64,000 nucleotides of DNA from an uncultured delta proteobacterium (lineage in GTDB: Bacteria; Desulfobacterota; Binatia; Binatales; Binataceae): positions 1,216,001 through 1,280,000 of the forward strand of contig CAVRVY010000004.1 of the NCBI GenBank assembly GCA_963724765.1. Direction: 5' to 3'. Positions 1-10,560 of the stretch are shown here, piece by piece. Numbering within the stretch: the stretch's first letter is position 1; each line of letters starts with the position of its first letter. Position numbers and translations under genes: made by a program. Below the pieces are notes generated by a model. The model worked only from the letters and a program-made list of their open reading frames with translations. It had not been told where the DNA came from and ran no database searches.

Positions 1-268
1 GGCGGTTTTTTGTTCGGCGTGGCCGTGGGACCGATCGTGGTGCGCGAGCCGGAGCGCCGGCGCGTCGCGCGGCGCTGATTTTTCCGCGTCTCCATCATTC
101 ATCTCCGCCGACAGCGGACTGCACTTCCGCCGACGGCGGTCCGCACTGTTGATAGTGTTCACAGTCCTTCGGCATTTGCGCGGATTTGCACGCCGCCTAC
201 TTGTTCGCCGCCGTCCCATTCCTGATACTTGATTTCTTGGTCACGCGGCGCGGTTTGAGCGGGAGGGG

Positions 269-1660
269 TTGGTTGTGGCGGCGGCATCCACGGACGACAT
301 TCTAAGGCGCGTTCCTCCACAGAATCTCGAGGCCGAGCAATCGGTCCTTGGCGCCATCCTGCTCGAGAACGAAGCCATCAATCAGGCGCTCGAAGTCCTC
401 AATCCCGACGACTTCTACCGCGAATCGCATCGCGAGATCTTTCGCGTGATGACTGAGCTGTCGGACCGCAGCCAGCCGGTCGACGCGATCACCATGACCG
501 ACGCGCTGCGCACGCGCGGCAAGCTCGAGGCGATCGGCGGCCCGGCCTACATCGGCGAACTCGCCGCCTGCGTCCCAACCGCTTCCAACGTCGCCCACTA
601 CGCGCGTATCGTGCGCGAGAAGGCGGTGCTGCGCGCGCTCGCCTCGACCGCCACCGAAATCGCCTCCTCCGCCTACGACACGCCCGCGCGCGTCGACGAG
701 TTCCTCGACGAGGCCGAGCACAAGATTTTCGAAATCTCCGAGCGCCGCATCCGCGCCTCGTTCCACACGATGCACGAGCTGACGCGCGAGTCGCTCAAGA
801 TCATCGAGCGGCTCTACGAGCGCAAGGAGATGGTGACCGGAGTGCCGACCGGCTTCACCGACCTCGACCGCATCACCGCGGGCCTGCAACCAGCCGATCT
901 GATCGTGATTGCCGCACGTCCCTCGATGGGGAAGACGGCGCTCGCGCTCAACATCGCGGCGTACGCGGCGACCGAAGCCGAGCCGCGCCGGGGCGTGGCC
1001 TTCTTCTCGCTGGAAATGTCCAAGGAGCAGCTGGTGCTGCGGCTGTTGTGCTCGGAGGCGCGCGTCGACAGCTCGAAGGCGCGCGCGGGATACCTCGGCG
1101 AGCGCGATTTTCCCAAGCTCGCGGTGGCGGCGGCGCGCCTGGCCGAGGCGCCGATCTTCATCGACGACAGCTCGGACACCTCGGCGATCGTGTTGAAGGC
1201 GAAATGCCGTCGCCTGGCGCGCGATTCCAGCGCCAACCTGGGGCTGATCATCGTCGACTACCTGCAACTGATGCGCGCGGCGCGGCCGGGCGAGTCGCGT
1301 GAAAAGGAGATTGCCGAAATCTCGCGCTCACTCAAGTCACTGGCCAAGGAACTCCGCGTCCCGGTGATCGCGCTTTCGCAGCTCAACCGCCAGGTCGAGA
1401 CGCGCCCCGACCGGCGCCCGCTGCTCGCCGATCTGCGCGAGTCGGGCGCAATCGAGCAGGACGCCGACGTAATCGCGTTTATCTATCGCGACGAGATGTA
1501 CCATCGCGACAGCAAGGAGCCGGGCGTAGCCGAGGTGATCGTCGCCAAGCAGCGCAACGGACCCACCGACACCGCCAAGCTGACTTACATCAGCCAGTTC
1601 ACCCGCTTCGAGAATTACGCTCCCGAGGCCGGTTACTTCGAGGGCGCCGAAGAGCGTTAG
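269..1660 (+). CDS. dnaB: Replicative DNA helicase DnaB
   Basis: N-term PPQNLEAEQSVLG, Walker A ARPSMGKT, FSLEM, IIVDYLQLM, LSQLNR, DLRESGAIEQDAD, KQRNGPT; RBS GGGAGG at 261-266 (start may be GTG 275). Confidence 0.98.
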   Translation: MVVAAASTDDILRRVPPQNLEAEQSVLGAILLENEAINQALEVLNPDDFYRESHREIFRVMTELSDRSQPVDAITMTDALRTRGKLEAIGGPAYIGELAACVPTASNVAHYARIVREKAVLRALASTATEIASSAYDTPARVDEFLDEAEHKIFEISERRIRASFHTMHELTRESLKIIERLYERKEMVTGVPTGFTDLDRITAGLQPADLIVIAARPSMGKTALALNIAAYAATEAEPRRGVAFFSLEMSKEQLVLRLLCSEARVDSSKARAGYLGERDFPKLAVAAARLAEAPIFIDDSSDTSAIVLKAKCRRLARDSSANLGLIIVDYLQLMRAARPGESREKEIAEISRSLKSLAKELRVPVIALSQLNRQVETRPDRRPLLADLRESGAIEQDADVIAFIYRDEMYHRDSKEPGVAEVIVAKQRNGPTDTAKLTYISQFTRFENYAPEAGYFEGAEER

Positions 1661-2024
1661 CGGCGCATCGTCCGCGCGTAATTGATCCCATTTCGCTCAT
1701 TTCAGATCGATCCCACTATAAATTTTCGTCGATTTTTCGCACAGATTCTGATCGGAGCCCAGAATCACCTCTGAAATGGAGCGCGAATGCGTCAGAACAA
1801 TAGGTCCCTCTATTCGCCCAACTCGGGAATCCGAGCGAGGAGCGAACAATCTTGGCATCGATAAGCATACCCGGGGCAGGACCAAGCGACTTTAGCCCAA
1901 TATATCTTTAGCATCGGAGGAGAGTTCGCTGGCGAGTTCTGCCTATATTCAGGCTAAATCGACTTCACTCTCGCTGCGATTATTAATATAACAACTCCGG
2001 AGCTACATTCTGTAGAAGGTTTTT

Positions 2025-2312
2025 GTGAGTCGCCACGTCAGCGCGATTTTGTACTTGCCATTGTCTCAGGAAGAGTGGCGGAGCGCCGTACGGTCATTCG
2101 TTGGTGCCGAGAAACGGAACACCTTCGCAGTCGAAGTCAGTCTAGCGACACCTGGCGGTAGCACTATCGCGCTCGATTCGTGGATGAGTGGTGCGCGTAC
2201 TGCCACGGATCTAGCGGAAGGAATAACAGACTGGATTGAGTTGCGATGTGAAAGTGGTAGCGCAGGAGACCTTGAAGCGAAGATTTCAGTGTGGACGGAC
2301 ACTTCCAGATGA
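2025..2312 (+). CDS. Hypothetical protein in a lower-GC interval (possibly a gene remnant)
   Basis: 95-aa ORF, no recognisable motif. Confidence 0.25.
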   Translation: MSRHVSAILYLPLSQEEWRSAVRSFVGAEKRNTFAVEVSLATPGGSTIALDSWMSGARTATDLAEGITDWIELRCESGSAGDLEAKISVWTDTSR

Positions 2313-2747
2313 ACCGCTTCTTCTTGGTCCTGTCGGGCACGAAGCGATTAGGCTCTCGCGCTGCTAAACCTTGGCCCGATGAGCGTGCCAGGGTTCTCCC
2401 TCGACGTGGTTAAACCGCTGTAGAGACTCGCCTCCATTTCACCATTGTAGCTCTTATCGGTAAGGTCATTTTGAGTTGCGCGAAGCACCATCGCGCCTTA
2501 CCCGACCTGTGTCTCGCCGGAGTCATGGTTCGCGATGGCAACGCCTGGCGGCTTCAGGTGTGAGCGGGTGCCACGCCAGCGCGTGCCCGCGCTGCCAAAA
2601 AAATTGCCTCAAGTCTGTATCGATGGACTAGTGAAAGTGAAAATCGGGCTTCGGCCTGAGCAAGAGAGAAATCGGTAGCGAAGACAGTTAAACGGTTCTG
2701 AGTTTTGATTAAGCTGTCGATAGATTCAGTTCCGTCAGAGGAGATCC

Positions 2748-3932
2748 ATGCCTGACTCGGATGAAAGCGCATCCCGAACGCTCGATGCCGCGCGCGAGCT
2801 TGGTCCCAAAATCCGTGCAGCGGCGGACGAAATCGAACAAGGACGGCGGTTGCCGATGCACCTGGTGCGTGAGATGCAACGGGCAGGCGTGTTTCGAATG
2901 GCGATGCCTCGGGCGTGGGGTGGGCCGGAGTTGGACTTTCTTACGCAGGTGCGCGTGATTGAGGCGCTGTCGATCGCCGACGCGTCCGCTGGCTGGTGCA
3001 CCATGATCGGCATCGACGGCGGTTACATGACCGCCTTCATCGATCAGACCGTTGCCCGCGAAATGTATTCTAACCTCGATTCGGTGACGGCAGTTACGTT
3101 TGCCCCGCCCGGCAAGGCGGTGAAAACGAAGGACGGATTCGTCGTTAGCGGTAGATGGCCGTTCGGTAGCGGCTGTCAGCACGCGACCTGGCTGATCGGC
3201 CATTTCCTGGTCTTTGACGGCGATTCTCCGCGCCTCCAGCCCAACGGCCTTCCGGAAACCCGCTTCGGCTTTCTGCCGTCCGAGGAAGGCGAGATCCTCG
3301 ATACATGGAACACCAATGGCTTGCGCGGAAGCGGCAGTCACGACTGGGCGGTCAAGGATCGTTTTATCCCGGAGGAACGGACTTTCAATTTGGCGGCACC
3401 GACCCTGTATCGGCACGGGCCGCTCTACGCGCTCCCAAATCTGTTGCTGTACAAGACGTGCGCGGTCGCTTTGGGAATTGCCCGCGGAGCGATCGACGAC
3501 TTCGTCGCATTAGCTTCAAACAAGCCGGCAACTTTCAAATCTCCGTCGGCAAACAAGGCAATGCTGCGCGATGAAACCTACGTCCAGTGCGCGGTCGCGC
3601 AGGCCGAAGCGTCGGTAAGCTCCGCACGCGGCTTTGTCTTTGAAGCGTTCGGCGACATGTGGAACACGCTGGTGACCGGCGATCTCCCTTCGCTCAAGCA
3701 GCGGGCCCGCGGCAGGCTCGCGATGGTTCATGCGAGCGCCGCATGCCTTCAGGCGGTTGAACTCCTCTACAAAGCCAACGGGGGAGCATCCGTTTATAGC
3801 GGCAACCTCTTCGATCGCCGCCTGCGTGATATGCAGACCGCCAACCAGCATACTGTCGTGTCGCTCAAGACCTGGGAAGTGACCGGCCGCGTGCTGCTCG
3901 GGCTGGAGCATAACTACGGCTTGTTGTTCTGA
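2748..3932 (+). CDS. Flavin-dependent monooxygenase, oxygenase subunit (acyl-CoA dehydrogenase fold, HsaA-like)
   Basis: SGRWPFGSGC, DTWNTNGLRGSGSHD, RRLRDMQTANQH motifs; RBS GAGGAG upstream. Confidence 0.88.
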   Translation: MPDSDESASRTLDAARELGPKIRAAADEIEQGRRLPMHLVREMQRAGVFRMAMPRAWGGPELDFLTQVRVIEALSIADASAGWCTMIGIDGGYMTAFIDQTVAREMYSNLDSVTAVTFAPPGKAVKTKDGFVVSGRWPFGSGCQHATWLIGHFLVFDGDSPRLQPNGLPETRFGFLPSEEGEILDTWNTNGLRGSGSHDWAVKDRFIPEERTFNLAAPTLYRHGPLYALPNLLLYKTCAVALGIARGAIDDFVALASNKPATFKSPSANKAMLRDETYVQCAVAQAEASVSSARGFVFEAFGDMWNTLVTGDLPSLKQRARGRLAMVHASAACLQAVELLYKANGGASVYSGNLFDRRLRDMQTANQHTVVSLKTWEVTGRVLLGLEHNYGLLF

Positions 3933-4029
3933 TCCGGCTTGAACCTATTCGCGGCGGGTGACTTCTGCGCGAATTTTCGCTATTGCCGTCGCTTAGCGTG
4001 AGATCGCAAGCCCGAGGAGCAGACTCCTG

Positions 4030-4392
4030 ATGGCCGACATAGACGGCGCCCCAGCCGACCGCGACCAGATTGCCTTTGCCAGGTGGGACAGGCGGATGCG
4101 CGAATCGATCCGGCCGCTGCTCACCAAAAAAATTATCGCCGAGCACAAGCGCGACCCGGTAGGCATTCACAGCGACGCGCTTGACCGCGTACTCACCTAC
4201 TTCCGCCGTCCCAATCTGCTGGGCCGTTACGTAATCGTCTGCACGCGGCCGTTCAAACAATGGCGCGTCGCGCGGATAACCGGCGCTCGCGGACAGGCGC
4301 CGGAGTTCATTGACGACCGCACCTACAACTCGGAAGCCAAAGCGGCGCATGCCGTGTTCCTGATGCGCGTCGAACAGACGATGCGCGACTAG
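4030..4392 (+). CDS. N,N-dimethylformamidase small subunit-like protein
   Basis: 120 aa, IIAEHKRDPVGIHSDALDRVLTYFRR and AAHAVFLMR motifs; directly upstream of the large subunit; RBS GAGGAG. Confidence 0.8.
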   Translation: MADIDGAPADRDQIAFARWDRRMRESIRPLLTKKIIAEHKRDPVGIHSDALDRVLTYFRRPNLLGRYVIVCTRPFKQWRVARITGARGQAPEFIDDRTYNSEAKAAHAVFLMRVEQTMRD

Positions 4393-4432
4393 CAACCCTT
4401 CCGCAACCGCGGCCCGCACGGAGATCACCGCG

Positions 4433-6715
4433 ATGGCAAAGAGCTATATCCACGGATACAGCGACCAGATTAGCGTCAAGCCCGGCGAACGCATCCGCTT
4501 CATGGTGAGCGTCGAGGGCGCCACGCGCTATCGCGCCGAGATCGTCCGTCTGATCAACGGCGACGCCAATCCCGCCGGGCCCGGCCCCAAGGAGGAAACG
4601 ATCGCGTCGCCGGTCAACGGCGAATATCCCGGACGGCTGCAGCCGACTTATGCCGGCTCGCATATCGTGGTGGACGATCCGAACGGGCTCCTGAATATCG
4701 GACAGTCGATCACGGTTCACGCGTTCATCATGCCGACGACGCCGGCCAAGGGTGTCCAGGGAATCATCACACACTGCGATCCGGAGCGGCGGATGGGCTG
4801 GGCGCTGGTGATCGACGAGCACGAGCGGCTCGCGTTGTGGCTGGGAGATGGCGCGGGGAATCTGGTGCAAGCCGCCGCCCCGGAGCCTTTGCGCGCCGGC
4901 GTGTGGTATTCGGCTGGCGCGAGCTTCGACGGCGCCACCGGGCGCGCGATCGTGCATCTGGGGCCGGTCCTCAACGCGGTCAATTCGCTGGTTGGGCGGG
5001 TCGCGATGCTGCCGCCCGCGGTCATGCACGCGATCACCGCCGAGCCGGTCAATTTCCATTCGCAATCGCCGGCCGTGATCGCGGGATGGGCCGCCGGGAC
5101 GACGGCTTCAGGAGCCATCATCGCCGGCGGCCACTACAACGGCAAGATCGATCGTCCGCGCGTCTATGGCCATGCGCTCGGCGGGGCGCAACTGGACGAA
5201 CTCGCCTCAGGCCGCGAGCCGGACAGCCGCGGACTGGTTGCACGATGGGACTTCGCTGATGGTATCGGTCCCGGCGGCATCGCGACCGACCGCGTCACCG
5301 ACGCCTCCGGCAACGATCTGCACGGACGCTGCGTCAACGCGCCGGCGCGCGCGATGACCGGCCATAACTGGAGCGGCCGCGAGGAACATTTCATCCACGC
5401 CCCCGCCGAGTATGGCGCAATTCATTTCCACGACGACGACCTCGAGGACGCCGGCTGGGAAATGGACTTCGAGCTGACGGTTCCTGATACGATGCGCTCC
5501 GACGTTTACGCGGCGCGGGTCAGCGTCGGCGACGCGCTCGATTACATCCCGTTCATCGTACGCGCGCCGGCCGGCGGTCCTACCGCGAAGATCGCGTTCC
5601 TGGTCCCAACCGCCTCCTATCTGGCCTACTCCAACGAGCATCTGAGCTTCGGCCAGGGCACGCAAGCGATCGTCGGCCACACCACGCTGCTGGGGTCCGA
5701 GGACATCTACTTGTACGAACATCCGGAATTAGGGCTCTCCACTTACGACCATCATTCCGATGGCAGCGGCGTATGCTACGTGTCGCGGCTGCGTCCGATT
5801 CTCAACATGCGCCCGCATCATCGGTTCGGCGGAACGCTGTGGGGCCTCGCGGCCGATCTTCACCTGGTCGACTGGCTAAACGCCAAGGGCTTCCGTTACG
5901 ACGTCATTACCGACGAGGACCTGCATCGCGAGGGCGCCGCGCTGCTCCGCGATTACAACGTCGTGCTTACCGGATCGCATCCCGAGTACTACTCATCCGC
6001 GATGCTCGACGCGATGGAGACCTATCTCACCTCGGGCGGGCGGCTGATGTATCTCGGCGGCAACGGTTTCTATTGGGTAACGTCGTATCATCCCGACAAG
6101 CCGTACCTGGTCGAAGTGCGCAAGGCCGAGGGCGGATCGCGCGCATGGCAGGCGCGGCCCGGTGAGTACTTCCACAGCACCACCGGCGAGCGCGGCGGAG
6201 TGTGGCGCAACCGCGCCCGCGCGCCGCAAAAGCTGGTGGGCGTCGGTTTCGCGGCGCAGGGTTTCGATCGCTCGTCGTATTTCCGCCGCATGCCGGACAG
6301 CCTGGATGCAAACGCGAGCTTCATTTTCGCCGGAGTCGGCGAAGACGAGCTGCTAGGCAACTTCGGGCTGGTTGGCGGCGGCGCCGCGGGACACGAACTC
6401 GATCGCTACGACCTGACGCTCGGCACGCCGCCCAACGCGATGCTGGTCGCGACCTCGGAAGGGCACAGCGACAACTATCTGCGCGTGGTCGAGGAGGTTT
6501 TTTTCAACTATCCGGGATCGGGCGGCAGACAGGATCCCGGCGTGCGCGGCGATATCGTGTACCTCCCCACGGCGGGCGGCGGCGCGGTCTTTTCGGCCAG
6601 CTCGATCGCCTGGTGCGGAAGTCTCTCGCACAACAACTACGAGAACAACATCTCGCGCATCACGGCCAACGTGCTCGAGCGCTTCGCGAGCGCCGAGCGT
6701 TTGCCCGGCGCGTGA
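4433..6715 (+). CDS. N,N-dimethylformamidase large subunit family protein
   Basis: 760 aa; GYSDQISVKPGE start, lectin-like insert, YGAIHFHDDDL, PTASYLAYSN, LSTYDHHSDG, GSHPEYY, YLGGNGFYW, GHELDR. Confidence 0.92.
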   Translation: MAKSYIHGYSDQISVKPGERIRFMVSVEGATRYRAEIVRLINGDANPAGPGPKEETIASPVNGEYPGRLQPTYAGSHIVVDDPNGLLNIGQSITVHAFIMPTTPAKGVQGIITHCDPERRMGWALVIDEHERLALWLGDGAGNLVQAAAPEPLRAGVWYSAGASFDGATGRAIVHLGPVLNAVNSLVGRVAMLPPAVMHAITAEPVNFHSQSPAVIAGWAAGTTASGAIIAGGHYNGKIDRPRVYGHALGGAQLDELASGREPDSRGLVARWDFADGIGPGGIATDRVTDASGNDLHGRCVNAPARAMTGHNWSGREEHFIHAPAEYGAIHFHDDDLEDAGWEMDFELTVPDTMRSDVYAARVSVGDALDYIPFIVRAPAGGPTAKIAFLVPTASYLAYSNEHLSFGQGTQAIVGHTTLLGSEDIYLYEHPELGLSTYDHHSDGSGVCYVSRLRPILNMRPHHRFGGTLWGLAADLHLVDWLNAKGFRYDVITDEDLHREGAALLRDYNVVLTGSHPEYYSSAMLDAMETYLTSGGRLMYLGGNGFYWVTSYHPDKPYLVEVRKAEGGSRAWQARPGEYFHSTTGERGGVWRNRARAPQKLVGVGFAAQGFDRSSYFRRMPDSLDANASFIFAGVGEDELLGNFGLVGGGAAGHELDRYDLTLGTPPNAMLVATSEGHSDNYLRVVEEVFFNYPGSGGRQDPGVRGDIVYLPTAGGGAVFSASSIAWCGSLSHNNYENNISRITANVLERFASAERLPGA

Positions 6716-6736
6716 CGCGCCCCACGCACGGGCGCG

Positions 6737-8047
6737 CTAAGTGCGCGAGGCGAAACAGTCGAGACCGCCGGTGAACTCGGCCATCCGGAACACGTCGGGC
6801 AGTATCTTCTCGAGGAACTCGCGGTCGAAATCGATCCCGTTGGCGCGCAGGTAGGGTTCGGCTTCGTCGACGATCATCTTCCAGTCATCGAGCAGCCGCA
6901 GCCGCTTGAAGACGTCATTGTGCGGCGCCGCGCCAAGCGCCTCAACCAGCAGATCGGTGTAGTTGAGCACGCGGAAACCGCCCTCGCCCTCGGCGCGCAC
7001 GAATGAGGCGTGGCAGTTGTGGTAAAAAGTGACGAGCACGTCGGCGCCCGTCTCACGCACGCGATCGATCAACTGCGCGTGCTCTTTCTTCATCATCTCC
7101 GGCGCGCGCGCGCATCCCGAACCGCCGCAGGTGTAACCCGACTCGAGCACCGTGTCGACCAACTCGAGCTCCGGAATCGCCGCCAGCACGCGCGCCACGT
7201 TCGCTCCCAAATCGGCCAGGCCGACGTGCACGTGCAAAACCGCCTTGAGCGGCAGTGGCCGAACGAACTTGCCGCGCAACTCGTCGAGATGGTCGGAGAG
7301 GTAGGTGGTGAAATGGCCAAACTCGAAACTGGTCGATTGAAACCCGGCCAGCGTCTCGCCGATATGCAGGTTGCACGACGGACACCAGCTCAGCACCTTC
7401 TCGGGGCTCAGCCCCTCAAAGCGCGTGAGTGTCGCGTTGATCATCCGCTCGCCCTTGCCCAGTTCGCCTTCCCATTTCGACTGCACGATTCCGCAGCACG
7501 AACCCGGCCCGCCGACAACCTCGTAGTCGGCGCCCAACGCATCGAGCACGTACATCGCATTGAAAAGAAGATGAGGTGTGCGAAGCGCGTTGCATCCGAG
7601 GTAGAAGACAATCTCCGCCTGCCTGCGGCGCGGCGGATTGAGTACGCGCGCGAACTCGGCCGGCAGCAACTGCATCCCGGCCATCAGCCGGATGGCGCGC
7701 GACATCTTGCGGAAGAGTTGCGGCGTCTGGGTGCGCTCGCCCGAATGCATCGTGTTGGCCAGCACCAGCATCTTGCGCGGGTTGACGCCCTCGGGACAGG
7801 CAGGAATGCATTCACCGCATCCGTTACAGGCGTGCGCGAAGGTCGCCGAGGCGCCGGCAAGCGGCGCGCGATGGGCGAGGAAATCGACCACGCCGTGCGC
7901 GACCGCCTTGGGATCGGCATCCTTAAGACCGGCGTAGGAAACGACCGGGCACACTTCGACGCACTTGCCGCATGCGGTACAGGCACCGAGCACTTTGGCG
8001 ATTTCAGAATCGAAGTAGCTCGCCAGTGCTTGCCCCTGAGTGGCCAT
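6737..8047 (-). CDS. (Fe-S)-binding protein, heterodisulfide-reductase-like (2x 4Fe-4S plus CCG domains)
   Basis: CTACGKCVEVCP, CNGCGECIPACP, YLGC, SCCG, WCPSC, TCGGSGC; start placed at MATQG (8047). Confidence 0.85.
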   Translation of the reverse strand: MATQGQALASYFDSEIAKVLGACTACGKCVEVCPVVSYAGLKDADPKAVAHGVVDFLAHRAPLAGASATFAHACNGCGECIPACPEGVNPRKMLVLANTMHSGERTQTPQLFRKMSRAIRLMAGMQLLPAEFARVLNPPRRRQAEIVFYLGCNALRTPHLLFNAMYVLDALGADYEVVGGPGSCCGIVQSKWEGELGKGERMINATLTRFEGLSPEKVLSWCPSCNLHIGETLAGFQSTSFEFGHFTTYLSDHLDELRGKFVRPLPLKAVLHVHVGLADLGANVARVLAAIPELELVDTVLESGYTCGGSGCARAPEMMKKEHAQLIDRVRETGADVLVTFYHNCHASFVRAEGEGGFRVLNYTDLLVEALGAAPHNDVFKRLRLLDDWKMIVDEAEPYLRANGIDFDREFLEKILPDVFRMAEFTGGLDCFASRT

Positions 8048-8355
8048 CGAGGACCCCTTTGCCAATTCACCGGCAGTCGGCAAAGGTGCGCCGGCTTCGC
8101 AGCCACCCATCCGCCTTACGCCAGCGTGACGCGTATACCGTGAAGCTATTACGGTACGCGATGGCCCGTCAATTCGCGTGCCAAACGCTGTGCAAAACCG
8201 GACCTGCGACTCGTAAGCGCGACTCATGCACCTATTCTTCGATCAAAAAGGCTTTAAAACATTGAGCTTTTCGAACCGGATGGTGCTACGCGGTCAACCC
8301 ATATAAGATGATGTTCGATCGAAAGTCTTACATCTAAAGAGGGCTGTCGAAACGA

Positions 8356-8610
8356 ATGCCTAGAGTCTATTTCGATAATCTGGCGAATGCGGTCACGCGC
8401 GACGACGTCGAGGAGTATTTTTCCCGCGCCGGCAAGGTCCGCGGCGTACTGGTGGTTACCGACAAGGCGTCGGGAAAATCACGCGGCTTTGGTTGCGTTG
8501 ATATGGAAAAGCTCGACGACGCGCTCCACGCGATCAAATGGCTCAACCACGCCGACCTCAAAGGCAAGCGGATTCGAATTCATCCCGGGCCGTTACGGGA
8601 GCAGAACTAA
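8356..8610 (+). CDS. Single-domain RRM RNA-binding protein
   Basis: RNP2-like VYFDNL, RNP1-like RGFGCVDM, DKASGKSRG. Confidence 0.88.
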   Translation: MPRVYFDNLANAVTRDDVEEYFSRAGKVRGVLVVTDKASGKSRGFGCVDMEKLDDALHAIKWLNHADLKGKRIRIHPGPLREQN

Positions 8611-8666
8611 TCACCAATTGGCCGAGACCAGGCTGAGGCGATTCGAGCAAGCAACATTGGAGGACA

Positions 8667-8948
8667 ATGCAGACACAAAAAGGTAGAAACCCCTGGGACA
8701 GTCACGACTGGAAAGTAAAGACTCTGGAATCGCTGACACCGGGCGGTGGATCGCGGTTGGGATTTACCTGCAGGAGTTGCGGACGGAAGTTCGGCCACAT
8801 GACCATCAACCATCGTACGTGGGCGGTGAACGACGAGGGGCTGAGCCTCTCCGATGAAATTACTTCACGATGGATGGTGCAGTGGTGTCTCGGTCACTCG
8901 ATCGAAACTGACGACGAAGATCGTAAGAGCGTGAAGCACCCCCACTAG
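8667..8948 (+). CDS. Small hypothetical protein with CxxC (possible Zn-binding)
   Basis: 93 aa; RBS GGAGG; H...CRSC...C pattern. Confidence 0.6.
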   Translation: MQTQKGRNPWDSHDWKVKTLESLTPGGGSRLGFTCRSCGRKFGHMTINHRTWAVNDEGLSLSDEITSRWMVQWCLGHSIETDDEDRKSVKHPH

Positions 8949-8960
8949 CACCATCGGACG

Positions 8961-9491
8961 CTATTTTCTTGCGGAAGGCGGAACTGTTATCTCCAGTTCG
9001 CGCTCCAGCATCCGTCGGAATAGCTCGCGCAGCATCGCTGAGATCTCGATCCGTACAGTGCTCGCTGGCCGCTCAACGCTTTGCGGCGTTGACGGCCCGT
9101 GCAGGGCGTCCTGCAATCCGACCAACAGCCCCTGCAGTTCGACGTTGCGCGCTCCGAGCGCGGAGGGCGACGGATATTCCATGTCCAGCTCGCCAGGCCG
9201 GTCGAGCGTCGCCAGCAGCCGCTGCCGCAGCAGTTCGAGCTCGGCGCCGCTTCCATTTACTTCCGCACGATCGAGCCTCGCTGAGACCTGCCGCAGAGTT
9301 TCCTCGATATCCCTGTTGTCTGCGTATAGATACGGTCCGATCTTGTCCCACACCTGTGAGACACGACGGATGATGCTGATGGCGGCCTGGACTTGTCGCC
9401 GAGTCGGCCCCGCCGGTATTTCCGGGAGCACCGATTCGCGCAGGCTCGCGGCCACTCCGTTCAGCAAATCGCCGATGGTTGGTTTGGTCAC
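8961..9491 (-). CDS. Hypothetical helical protein partnered with a phosphotransferase
   Basis: TKPTIGDLL..V...LRE.VLP N-terminus resembles small genes that follow APH-family genes. Confidence 0.65.
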   Translation of the reverse strand: MTKPTIGDLLNGVAASLRESVLPEIPAGPTRRQVQAAISIIRRVSQVWDKIGPYLYADNRDIEETLRQVSARLDRAEVNGSGAELELLRQRLLATLDRPGELDMEYPSPSALGARNVELQGLLVGLQDALHGPSTPQSVERPASTVRIEISAMLRELFRRMLERELEITVPPSARK

Positions 9492-9519
9492 AACTGATCT
9501 CCGGCTAATCTTCCGTTCC

Positions 9520-10560
9520 TTACTCAGGTAGCCAATCCAGAAATTGCCTCAAGTAATTGGTTATGGTCGAGGCGCGATCGGCAAGGAACAGGTTCCGCGT
9601 CCGTCCATCCATGAACGAGCGCGCGCCGGTCAAAGAAATGATGCTGTGCTTCATTTCGCCGAGGATCCGGTAGAACAACAGTGTCTCGGGATCGACCTGT
9701 ATGCCGCTCAGCGCCGTGTAACACCGGACAAATTCATCCAGGGAAAGAAACGCCTGGGGGCCCCACAACGAGCGATAAGCCCAGGCGATATCCTCGACCG
9801 CATCTCCAAGATGCACCATCTCCCAGTCCAGCATCGCATTGATGCGATCCCCCTCGTACAGAAAATTCCCAAAGCGGAAATCACCGTGAACGATGCTGAT
9901 TCTGCGCGCGATCGGCTGATGCTCTTTCAGCCAGATGAACGCCGCGACCATCACCGGATGCGGCTCCATCCGATGCTTCAGAAACAGTGATTCCCAGTAC
10001 GAGATCTGCTGCGCCGCCGCCGTCTCGGGTGTCGTGGCGGGAAGAAAGTCCACGTCCAGCTTTCTCCAATCGAGTGTATGAAGCCTGGCGGCGATCGACG
10101 CGAGCTGTTGTGCGATAGCCCGGCTGCGCTCAGCCATTTCGGGCCTCAGCAGCGCGAAGAAATCCGTCGCGCCCGCCACCTTTTCCATTATGAAGGAAGG
10201 ACGCTCGAGCCACCTCCCCTCGCTGTCCATCCAAAGCGCCCGTGCAACCGGAACTCCGCTGCCCCAAAGCGCACTGACTATCCCGAATTCGCGGACCAGG
10301 TCGGTCTCGAGCTGGCCGGCCTCAGCCTTGCGCAGCATCACGCAACTGACTTTTTGTTCTTCTCCGCCGTCGCGCCATCGAACGTCGAACTCCCACGCCT
10401 GGCGCGCATTTCCCGCTGTGATGGGAGCCAGGTTGCCTATCCGAATCTCTCGCCGAATATCCCCCGCGCGATCCAGGTTCGCCCCGAGGAACTCCGTCAA
10501 CCGTGCGACCAGGTTTTCAAGCGCGGCAGCCGATGACACGCTCACTCCAAAAACCTCCAT
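9520..10560 (-). CDS. Phosphotransferase family protein (APH-like)
   Basis: HGDFRFGN (Brenner motif), LDWEMVHLGD. Confidence 0.92.
   Translation of the reverse strand: MEVFGVSVSSAAALENLVARLTEFLGANLDRAGDIRREIRIGNLAPITAGNARQAWEFDVRWRDGGEEQKVSCVMLRKAEAGQLETDLVREFGIVSALWGSGVPVARALWMDSEGRWLERPSFIMEKVAGATDFFALLRPEMAERSRAIAQQLASIAARLHTLDWRKLDVDFLPATTPETAAAQQISYWESLFLKHRMEPHPVMVAAFIWLKEHQPIARRISIVHGDFRFGNFLYEGDRINAMLDWEMVHLGDAVEDIAWAYRSLWGPQAFLSLDEFVRCYTALSGIQVDPETLLFYRILGEMKHSIISLTGARSFMDGRTRNLFLADRASTITNYLRQFLDWLPE

Noticed and set aside
302-1267. Long antisense and alternative-frame ORFs (here and at 7010-8143, 22542-23756, 43119-44270, 55910-56803)
   Set aside because: Shadow ORFs expected from high-GC codon bias opposite well-supported genes.
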